Below are positions 16,402 through 23,972 of a DNA stretch of 64,000 nt, piece after piece; position 1 is the first letter of the stretch; each line of letters begins with the position of its first letter. The translations under genes and the position numbers were made by a program. A model generated the notes under the pieces. That model was not told where the DNA came from and ran no database searches. It worked only from the letters and a program-made list of their open reading frames with translations. This DNA is from Waterburya sp. (GTDB lineage: Bacteria; Cyanobacteriota; Cyanobacteriia; Cyanobacteriales; Xenococcaceae): positions 3,904,001-3,968,000 of the forward strand of contig CBDCJV010000002.1 in NCBI GenBank assembly GCA_965217895.1. The letters run 5' to 3'.

Positions 16402-16467
16402 TTAATTAACTATGCTGCTGTTTAAATATTGTTTAAATGACCTAATAAGTAGGTAGACGGAATTAAA

Positions 16468-17208
16468 TTAACTAAACATCGCTTTGATATATTCTCGACG
16501 CATAGAGGCAATAGCATCTAAAGAAATACCTTTGGGACAGACTGCGGTACATTCTCCATGATTAGAACAGTCGCCAAAGCCTTCATTTGCCATTTGTGCT
16601 GTCATATCAAGTACCCGCTGTTTGCGTTCGGGGTGTCCTTGAGGAAGCAATGCTAGATGAGAAACTTTAGCGGCGGTAAATAGAGAGGCAGAAGCATTAG
16701 GACAAGCAGCAACACAAGCACCACAGCCGATACAGGCTGCATAATCAAATGCGCGATCGCTATTTTCTTTGGCTACAGGTAAAGAATTAGCATCAGGTGC
16801 AGCACCAGTATTAACAGAGATATATCCCCCCGCAGCAACTATACGATCGAATGCCGAGCGATCGACTACTAAATCTTTAACCACAGGAAAAGCTTTTGCT
16901 CGCCAGGGTTCTACTATAACTGTGTCTCCATCCTGAAAACTTCTAAGGTGTAGTTGACATACGGCAGTTTGTTTTTGTTCTCCATGGGCCACCCCATTAA
17001 CCATCATGCCACAAGAGCCACAAATCCCTTCACCACAGTCGCTATCAAAAGCTACAGGTTCTTGGCCATTTTTGATTAGCTGCTCGTTTAATACGTCTAA
17101 TAGTTCAATAAACGACATACTAGGATGAGCATTAAATACAGTGTATTCTTCTAATTTTCCTTTAGCTTCGACATTAGGTTGTCGCCAAACTTTCAAATTA
17201 ATTTTCAT
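16468..17208 (-). CDS. sdhB: Succinate dehydrogenase/fumarate reductase Fe-S subunit
   Basis: CGEGICGSC, CIGCGACVAACP and CSNHGECTAVCP clusters. Confidence 0.95.
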   Translation of the reverse strand: MKINLKVWRQPNVEAKGKLEEYTVFNAHPSMSFIELLDVLNEQLIKNGQEPVAFDSDCGEGICGSCGMMVNGVAHGEQKQTAVCQLHLRSFQDGDTVIVEPWRAKAFPVVKDLVVDRSAFDRIVAAGGYISVNTGAAPDANSLPVAKENSDRAFDYAACIGCGACVAACPNASASLFTAAKVSHLALLPQGHPERKQRVLDMTAQMANEGFGDCSNHGECTAVCPKGISLDAIASMRREYIKAMFS

Positions 17209-17320
17209 AAGTATAGATTTAAAGATATTTAAATATAAATTAGTTCTGCCAAGATTAATTTAACAAAATTAGCTAATCACCTTGTTGAAGAATAAATAGG
17301 AAGTAGAAAGTATGCTCGAT

Positions 17321-17836
17321 CTAAAATTGCAAATAGTACATTAACTGCGATATTAACCCACTATCTAGATTTAGACGACGTTGAAGATCGACAATATTGC
17401 GATATTTACCGTTTTCCTGACGATTTTCTAGAAATATAGAGGCTAAATTTAGATCCAAGCCAGGAATTGCAGCGATCTCTTCTAGTTCAGCAGCATTAAG
17501 ATTGACTTTCTTCGGACTTAAAGGACTAAGACGATCATAGTAGGCAAAAGTGAGAATCGGCTCATAAGGTTGAAGACGCTGCACAGAAACGCTAATTGCA
17601 GCAGCAACATCTTCAAGACAAACTAGCTGCACTCCCATTTTAACTAACTCTACAAGCGATCGCCCCTGATGAATAGAAAACCCTGGCAGCCTTAGCCAAT
17701 CATCTATTGTCGCTTGATTCACATCAATTCTAATTCCCATCTCAACGGCAATCGCAATTTCTCGTAACGACTGAAAACGATAGTAAGGATCGTTGGCTAT
17801 TTTATTTCTGATCCCAATTTCAGATAACTTAAACAT
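17321..17836 (-). CDS. ComEA-like helix-hairpin-helix DNA-binding protein
   Basis: IDVNQAT..LRLPG and VNLNAA..AIPG HhH repeats. Confidence 0.85.
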   Translation of the reverse strand: MFKLSEIGIRNKIANDPYYRFQSLREIAIAVEMGIRIDVNQATIDDWLRLPGFSIHQGRSLVELVKMGVQLVCLEDVAAAISVSVQRLQPYEPILTFAYYDRLSPLSPKKVNLNAAELEEIAAIPGLDLNLASIFLENRQENGKYRNIVDLQRRLNLDSGLISQLMYYLQF

Positions 17837-17893
17837 TACTGTACGGGCAAGCGGTTGTTAGTTCCTAACTAATTACTGTTCATTATTAATTAC

Positions 17894-18274
17894 TTAGGCA
17901 ATGCGTTCTAATAGCAGACGGCGTTTCTGCTCAAACTCATACTCTGTAACTAAACCGTCTTCCCGTAGTCGATCTAGTTCTCGCATAGCCTCGGCGATCG
18001 CGCCAACTTGAGGTGAGGTATTAAGATTGTATTGGCTATGGCCGTTAAACTGACGTTCAAACTGCTCTTGATCTTGAACAAAATACCAGACTGCATCAAT
18101 AGCAGCAGCAATTCTAGAGATCGGTGTCGACCACAGAAGAATATAGATAATTCCCCAGATGGGCTGCCCTAAATATAGTTTATGAAGTCCAGAGATCGGT
18201 GTAATTGTCCCTAACAAGGCTAGTGCTATAGCAACGCGCCTATTTTTGTGGTGTTTAAATAGTTTGTCTAACAC
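17894..18274 (-). CDS. TM2/NINE domain membrane protein with SHOCT domain
   Basis: GLHKLYLGQ motif; C-terminal LDRLREDGLVTEYEFEQKRRLL. Confidence 0.85.
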   Translation of the reverse strand: MLDKLFKHHKNRRVAIALALLGTITPISGLHKLYLGQPIWGIIYILLWSTPISRIAAAIDAVWYFVQDQEQFERQFNGHSQYNLNTSPQVGAIAEAMRELDRLREDGLVTEYEFEQKRRLLLERIA

Positions 18275-18304
18275 TGGTGGATAAATATTGATTAAGGTAA
18301 ATAA

Positions 18305-18318
18305 TTTGAATTTTATCT
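18305..18318 (-). other. Left attachment junction: donor-left AGATAA + core AA + target-right TTCAAA (minus strand)
   Basis: Minus strand reads AGATAAAATTCAAA; halves match guides at 19646-19653 and 19692-19699. Confidence 0.8.
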
Positions 18319-19524
18319 AACCAGTTCTTTGACTAGCTCGTAGTAAAGAAGTCTGGTTGCTTTGAATAATATCCTAATTAATGCGTCTTTGCCCTTAACT
18401 GTTTGTCTCAGTTCTTGGTAGCGATCGCTTAAGCGTTTTCCAATCTCTGAAGAGATTCTGTAGTCTGTTGGTGCAATCGTGCAGACAGCCCAAACATACA
18501 GATGAGAACGAACCATTGAGCTACCGTGAAACTTTTTGACCGATTTTTTACCAGAGTCTTTGTAGCTATAGCTCATACCCAAAAATGATTGAAATTTGCG
18601 TAAAGAGCGATCGCGTTTTTGTAATCGATCGCCATGGCCATATTCTCGATCAATTAATGGCTTGCCACCCACTAGAAACTTATCGAAAGGATAAATATTA
18701 AATAGCAGCAATGACCGACATGAAATACCAAAGTTAAAGCGGTCAAACACTCTGTTATAACCATCAAAATTAGAATCGGTTATCGCGCTTTGTAGCTCTA
18801 ATAAATGCTGCCAATAGCGTTTTTCAACTTCTACTATCGCTCCTGCATGATCGCGTGTATAGTCAGAAATTTTTATATTAAGATCGCGAGCAATTGATAA
18901 CTTGTGTTTCTTGTCATACCTAACGTTTGGCGTATCTGTAGCCAACCAATAAATTAATGGCGTATAACCTTTAACATCACTTATTTTCATCTTAACGTTA
19001 GCAATCTCTGGTAATTCGTAACTCAATCTTTGCCGTAGTTGGGCAACAAGATTAGTTCTTAATTTTTGAAGCTGTTCTTTAGCTAGAAATAATTCTCTAA
19101 GATTAGTTACTAGTTCATTTTGATAGTAATTGAGATACCTTTTATTGCCTTGAATATTAACAAAAGAAGGATCGAAATAGGTTGCAGCTAACGATAGCGC
19201 GTCTTCAGTATCTCTTTTGTTCTTAAAACCGTATTCGCCACGAGCGCAATACAGATCGGTATGGCTAACCCAATAAATTGCTATGCCGTCATGTTTGGCT
19301 AGCGTTACCCAAAACTGAGCATACCAATGTCCGCTGGGTTCTAACACAATTCCGTTTGGTTGAAGCGATCGCAGTAATTCCGCTCCAGCTCGATCGCAAT
19401 TTACTTGATAAAATTTCTTCTCTCGTCGCAGTTTTTGGTAATGCTGAAGTATATTTTGTGGAAAGGAACTTAGACAGCATAAAACAGCCGATCCACGACC
19501 GACATCTAAACCAATAATTTTCAT
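18313..19524 (-). CDS. IS110-family (DEDD RuvC + Ser) bridge recombinase, probable integrase of the element; 403 aa
   Basis: Likely start MKIIGLDVG at 19524; D in GLD, E in VLEPSG, DxxD in KRDTEDA, C-terminal FLGMSYSYKDSGK with the conserved SG serine; ORF uninterrupted. Confidence 0.9.
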   Translation of the reverse strand: MKIIGLDVGRGSAVLCCLSSFPQNILQHYQKLRREKKFYQVNCDRAGAELLRSLQPNGIVLEPSGHWYAQFWVTLAKHDGIAIYWVSHTDLYCARGEYGFKNKRDTEDALSLAATYFDPSFVNIQGNKRYLNYYQNELVTNLRELFLAKEQLQKLRTNLVAQLRQRLSYELPEIANVKMKISDVKGYTPLIYWLATDTPNVRYDKKHKLSIARDLNIKISDYTRDHAGAIVEVEKRYWQHLLELQSAITDSNFDGYNRVFDRFNFGISCRSLLLFNIYPFDKFLVGGKPLIDREYGHGDRLQKRDRSLRKFQSFLGMSYSYKDSGKKSVKKFHGSSMVRSHLYVWAVCTIAPTDYRISSEIGKRLSDRYQELRQTVKGKDALIRILFKATRLLYYELVKELVR

Positions 19525-19599
19525 GTAATAATAGTTAAAGGAGTATAAACAGAAAAAGCTACGGCACGGCGGCTTTTTTGTATGAATATTCACACAAAA

Positions 19600-19790
19600 A
19601 ACGCGCCTTATCTTACTAAACTCCCAAAAGCTCGTCACAGCTTATTTTTATCTTTAAGATTTTGTCGTAGCTATATGTATCAGGGCTTATTAATTCAAAA
19701 AGCGATCTCTGCTTAATTTACTTTGAAAGCCCAATTAATACATATGCGGAACTTACCGCGACATCAATTTTTAATTAATGTTTCGATCGC
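19600..19790 (-). ncRNA. Putative bridge RNA (5' hairpins, target-binding loop 19673-19745, donor-binding loop 19610-19660); ends approximate
   Basis: Two stem/internal-loop/stem hairpins with 11-12 nt loop strands; loop sequences match the element junctions. Confidence 0.8.
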
Positions 19791-19815
19791 TTGTCCAGAC
19801 AATCTCATCAGGCGG

Positions 19816-20022
19816 TTATTTTTTTGGCTTTAATACTTCAATAATTGATACATCAATATCATTTTCGGTGATGGTTAAAAAGCCTTCATCAAAAGCAATG
19901 CAGTAAACCCATTTACCTTGATATGAGTAAGTTTTACTGACAACTTTCCCTATAGTTCCAGGAATGCGATCGCCGATCTCATATTTTGGTTTATTCATCA
20001 CTAAAAAGGAATTTGATCCCAT
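19816..20022 (-). CDS. Small phage-like hypothetical protein
   Basis: KPKYEIGDRI start resembling small SH3-like phage proteins; part of the leftward operon. Confidence 0.6.
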   Translation of the reverse strand: MGSNSFLVMNKPKYEIGDRIPGTIGKVVSKTYSYQGKWVYCIAFDEGFLTITENDIDVSIIEVLKPKK

Positions 20023-20034
20023 TCTTTATCTAAT

Positions 20035-20433
20035 TTATTCTGGATAAGCGTTGCCAGTGGTAGGTAGACTTTTCGATAAACTATTCAGTGCCTCCTTCGG
20101 GAATTCGGCATTATCTGTTTTCAATCCTTGTATTTGTAAAAAATTGCTGACTAGTTGCCATTGTTTGTAAGCAGACTCTAGCTTTTGAGTAAGTTCAAGA
20201 AATTCTTGAGCAGTTTTATCAAATTCATCATGCAATTCATCGTGTTTTTTCTTAATATTCTCATCGAGGTTTTCTAAAACTCTAGAGCGCAACAGTTCTA
20301 AAGTAGCAGGATAGTCATTGAAATTATCTATTTCTACCGATAGCTCAATACTCTCTTTATCCCCACCATACGCTCCATTGATTTGTCCTGATGCAGTATA
20401 AGTTACGATCATCTTTTTTAACGTATTTTCCAT
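20035..20433 (-). CDS. Hypothetical protein with coiled coil
   Basis: 132-aa ORF in the tightly packed leftward operon. Confidence 0.65.
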   Translation of the reverse strand: MENTLKKMIVTYTASGQINGAYGGDKESIELSVEIDNFNDYPATLELLRSRVLENLDENIKKKHDELHDEFDKTAQEFLELTQKLESAYKQWQLVSNFLQIQGLKTDNAEFPKEALNSLSKSLPTTGNAYPE

Positions 20434-20482
20434 AATTTAAGTAATGCAATGCCCTATCTAGAATAGACATCACGCGATTTGT

Positions 20483-20722
20483 TTACTGGTTAGATTTTTT
20501 GTACTCGATAATTTTTGTTAGCTCCGAGGCATAAAATTGCTGTAAAGCTCTATCGGCTTGAAGCAATCTTTGCCATTTAGCCTCTAACTGCGATCCTGTG
20601 ATGTGAAGAGCTTTTCTCAAATCATCTTTTGATGTCCAATGAAAAGCCGTGGCAAGCTCACGTACTGAGTAATCCATCAGCCGATCGCCAGGAGATATTT
20701 CAAATAGGTCGCGACCATTCAT
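20483..20722 (-). CDS. Hypothetical protein
   Basis: 79-aa ORF preceded by GGAGG. Confidence 0.65.
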   Translation of the reverse strand: MNGRDLFEISPGDRLMDYSVRELATAFHWTSKDDLRKALHITGSQLEAKWQRLLQADRALQQFYASELTKIIEYKKSNQ

Positions 20723-20729
20723 AATTTAT

Positions 20730-21017
20730 TTACCTCCGATATTGATTCAAGAATTTATTGGCTTCAACATACTCGCTGTTCCAGCCTGGGTCTGCGTAGG
20801 CATTCGTTGAATAAGCTTGTTCATCCAAGGCATTGATTACCGCCATCAGTTGATTTTTAGTAATTTTGCCTTGGGTATACGCGCTAGTTGCAGCACCCAG
20901 CACGTCAGTTGATGCTACAGGGCTATTTTCCCTCACGGCAGCTTCCATCGCTTTGGTGATTAGGTTTATGCCCATAGCTAGCAATTGTGCTTGTGCTTTG
21001 CGGTCAATGTTACACAT
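20730..21017 (-). CDS. Hypothetical protein
   Basis: 95-aa first ORF of the leftward operon. Confidence 0.6.
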   Translation of the reverse strand: MCNIDRKAQAQLLAMGINLITKAMEAAVRENSPVASTDVLGAATSAYTQGKITKNQLMAVINALDEQAYSTNAYADPGWNSEYVEANKFLNQYRR

Positions 21018-21265
21018 GGTTTTTATTTAATTTTCAGTGGTTCGGTTGATTGATTGCTAGTAATCTTAGGCTTGGGGTCACTAACCGCTAGCTGATATAT
21101 TTACTACTGCCTCGATGACTGGTTCATCCAGTCCCACAGGGTAGGATTCTCACCTACAGGACTTACGCCTTTACGTTGGGCAATCATGAGAGACAATTAG
21201 GGCATCAAACGTTATGGATTTCGACCCCGACAGCGTTTGATGTTTTTTGTTGTCTCATTACATGA

Positions 21266-21328
21266 AGTCTACCTCATCTGATTTGAAAAAGTCAAGAGGT
21301 TGACTTCATGAAGTTAAGTTCATATTAT
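21266..21328. promoter_or_regulatory. Putative divergent promoter pair with back-to-back TTGACT -35 boxes
   Basis: AGTCAA-GAGG-TTGACT (21290-21305); minus-strand TAGACT at 18 bp and plus-strand TATTAT at 17 bp; palindrome ACTTCATGAAGT at 21303-21314. Confidence 0.5.
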
Positions 21329-21569
21329 GAAAGAAAATCCAAAGCGTGAGAAGACACCCGTGAGAGTATTTAGAGAAGAATTGGGACTAACTCGTGTTGA
21401 GCTAGGTAGACGGATCGGATTATCCGAAAGAAGTCTAGCAGATATTGAATTAGGTAATTCTATACCTAAACTTGAAACGGTTGTTGCTATGTCTCGTGAG
21501 TTAAAAAAATCACTCAAGGTAATGGTAAAAGCATTGGGAATAGATGTATCGAATATTCCTGATGACTAA
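21327..21569 (+). CDS. XRE/Cro-family HTH regulator (true start may be slightly downstream)
   Basis: REELGLTRVELGRRIGLSERSLADIELGNSIP HTH_3 pattern. Confidence 0.9.
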   Translation: MKENPKREKTPVRVFREELGLTRVELGRRIGLSERSLADIELGNSIPKLETVVAMSRELKKSLKVMVKALGIDVSNIPDD

Positions 21570-21635
21570 AAATAATGGCAAGCAGTTTTATCCTGCCTGC
21601 CATTTATCAATTCAATAATTAACTAAATACTAACA

Positions 21636-22373
21636 ATGTCTTGGAATAAAAAAAACGTGCAATTTGCGCTGTCTTGCGGTTTACGAGCATCGACAGTCTT
21701 CTTACTACAATGGATACTATGGCGGGCAAAGCGTGGCGAGGTTTGTGAGATTGAAATCGATCTGCGAGTGTTTAATAAATTCATCGAGCGCGATCGCGGT
21801 AGACCTTACGATCGCAAAACGATTAAAGAAGCACTCGCTCAACTAGACGAAAAAACTCAGGGACTGGTTGTAATCACAAAATCTTACACTTGGGCAATCC
21901 ATAAAGTTATCGTTAGACCTCTATCTATGGTGCTACAGCAAAAATCCCAAACTGGGGATAAGTCGCCGAAGCTAAATCGTGGCAACCCTATGTTTAGCGA
22001 TGCTCACAAAGAACGGAGTAGAGAACTACTACTACAGAATATATCTAGATTAGATGCTTTTCTCAAACAGTTAGGCATGAATTACGATCATGGATCGTTA
22101 ATGCGTATCTGGAAATTCTCAGGCAAAAATATGTCTGAGGTTAAAAATGCCGTCGAGTATATGTTTCGTGTCAATAATGAAAAGTTAGAGCATTCTGAGA
22201 GTCTTCATGGTGAATCCAAAGGTATTCGCACGGCTAAAGGTTGGTTGCACGACTGCCTTCGTAAAGGCTGGCATATCTACAATCAGGAGGTAGAACTACC
22301 CTACATTAATGGCGATTATATTCATAGCTTTGTAGATAGCCTCATGGGTAAGATACCAGAATGTCCAACCTAA
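21636..22373 (+). CDS. Putative replication initiator / wHTH DNA-binding protein
   Basis: Follows the Cro-like gene; wHTH-like N-terminus (RKTIKEALAQL), linker, C-terminal IRTAKGWLHDCLRKGW; function inferred from context. Confidence 0.5.
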   Translation: MSWNKKNVQFALSCGLRASTVFLLQWILWRAKRGEVCEIEIDLRVFNKFIERDRGRPYDRKTIKEALAQLDEKTQGLVVITKSYTWAIHKVIVRPLSMVLQQKSQTGDKSPKLNRGNPMFSDAHKERSRELLLQNISRLDAFLKQLGMNYDHGSLMRIWKFSGKNMSEVKNAVEYMFRVNNEKLEHSESLHGESKGIRTAKGWLHDCLRKGWHIYNQEVELPYINGDYIHSFVDSLMGKIPECPT

Positions 22374-22513
22374 TCTCGATAAGATACATAGAATATTTAT
22401 TAAGACATCTGTAATCTATAGGTAAGCAGTTTTGATGGCGAGAGAGGCTCTCGGTCAGAGAGCATCTCTAATCGCCATGTTAACAACTGCTTACCTAACC
22501 TCGGAGCAAAAAA

Positions 22514-22876
22514 ATGACTCAGCAATTGTTACTTTTCGATGGCGAGGGACGCTGCCATGCTGTTAGCGACAGCGATCGCGTGTCGATAACAGAAAATGTT
22601 AGCGACGCTAAGAAGCAAGCCATACAAAGGTATTTAGATTCAGGGGAAAAAGATTATCAGTGCTGTGTAACTAAATACAGTCCTGGTCGTAGAAAAACAG
22701 AATACTATCGCTTGTCCTACCGCATTAGTAAGCGACGAATAAAGCATATTCATATTCGTGGAGGGAGTACTATTGCAGAATTGGCAACCTACCGAGCTAA
22801 AAATTTACAGGCAATGATTGATCGCGGTGCGGAACTGGCTGAGGTGATTGCAGCAGTTAAAACTTTTAATAATTGA
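22514..22876 (+). CDS. Hypothetical basic protein, possible DNA binding
   Basis: YYRLSYRISKRRIKHIHIRGG motif. Confidence 0.65.
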   Translation: MTQQLLLFDGEGRCHAVSDSDRVSITENVSDAKKQAIQRYLDSGEKDYQCCVTKYSPGRRKTEYYRLSYRISKRRIKHIHIRGGSTIAELATYRAKNLQAMIDRGAELAEVIAAVKTFNN

Positions 22877-22879
22877 TAT

Positions 22880-23464
22880 TTAGACCGTAAGAGTGGCAAT
22901 CGCGCGTTTACACATTACGGGATCTTCATCGAGATATTTTCTAACCGTAGCCACATCAATTGCCATAGTTTCGGCAATGATGCTAATTTCTGTACCATTT
23001 TTCCGTAGCTGATTAATTACCCAACGGCGAGAGCTGTGAGTTGAAAAGCCACTGTAGCCATAGTCATTAAAAATCTTACGCCAATAATCATCAACAGCAC
23101 GGGTGGTTATGTGTCCCGTGCGCGATCGCTCTGATGGAAAAAGGTATCCTTGCTTTGGTTCGTGGTTGTGGTATTGCTCGAGATGATGCCTAAGATCGTC
23201 ATGAACAAAAATTTGCCGAGTATCAGCTCGCCCGTGCTTTGATGACTTGCGTGTGGCACTACCAAAGGTAATGTATTCATTTACTCTACCATTGCTTTTG
23301 TACACATCACTAACCTTGAGCTGTACGATTGCGCCAATTCTTTCCCCTGTAAATAAACCAATTTCAAAAATTAGCCTTTGATGGGGAATCCCCAGACGCG
23401 ATCGCATTTGACGAATAACGGTACTTGTCCAAATCGCAGCCTTACCCTGACGATTATTTTTCAT
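22880..23464 (-). CDS. Small tyrosine recombinase (catalytic domain only); 194 aa
   Basis: Likely start MKNNRQGKAA; TGERIG (R), HSSRR (HxxR), terminal KYLD (Y). Confidence 0.88.
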   Translation of the reverse strand: MKNNRQGKAAIWTSTVIRQMRSRLGIPHQRLIFEIGLFTGERIGAIVQLKVSDVYKSNGRVNEYITFGSATRKSSKHGRADTRQIFVHDDLRHHLEQYHNHEPKQGYLFPSERSRTGHITTRAVDDYWRKIFNDYGYSGFSTHSSRRWVINQLRKNGTEISIIAETMAIDVATVRKYLDEDPVMCKRAIATLTV

Positions 23465-23578
23465 AAAATATAACTTCCGAATTAATAGAATAATTCCCAT
23501 TAATTCAGAAGTAGTTAACAAATAGAAATTCATATAATTGACTCAATCCTAGACTGTGGGTTGATTTACGACTACCGC

Positions 23579-23612
23579 AAAACTTCTTATTCTATGTAGA
23601 ATAAGAAGTTTT
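23579..23612. repeat. Perfect 16-bp inverted repeat with 2-bp spacer
   Basis: AAAACTTCTTATTCTA-TG-TAGAATAAGAAGTTTT. Confidence 0.9.
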
Positions 23613-23663
23613 TTTATTAGTGGAAACTGGGAAAAATGTAAATACAATTACAATTAATTAGCC

Positions 23664-23972
23664 ATGACTCAAATTAATATTGCTACCGATATTCCAAGTC
23701 AAATCAACACCTTAGAACGCCTGGCTATGTGGTCGTGTATGGCATTGAGAAGAGTAAATCCAACTTTAGCAGTCATTGAAATCGCCGACCAGACAGCCGA
23801 AAAGGTAGCGCAAACCGCTTTGGTGCAGGCTGATGATGGAAAAATTAGGTTTATTGGCAGATTGAGCCTGGAAGTAGCAGCCGACTATGCAGAAGACAAT
23901 ACGGCAAAACTCTGGACGAAAGCACTGGAGTTTAGCAATACTCAGCTACCCGCAGCCTACAAAGCAAACTAA
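23664..23972 (+). CDS. Hypothetical protein, putative virion component
   Basis: First gene of the rightward operon; TAATG overlap with the next gene. Confidence 0.7.
   Translation: MTQINIATDIPSQINTLERLAMWSCMALRRVNPTLAVIEIADQTAEKVAQTALVQADDGKIRFIGRLSLEVAADYAEDNTAKLWTKALEFSNTQLPAAYKAN

Noticed and set aside
19525..19638. N-terminal extension of the 441-aa ORF call (MTSFWEF...)
   Set aside because: IS110 recombinases begin just before the GLD motif. The extension overlaps the donor-binding loop of the predicted RNA, so the start at 19524 is preferred.
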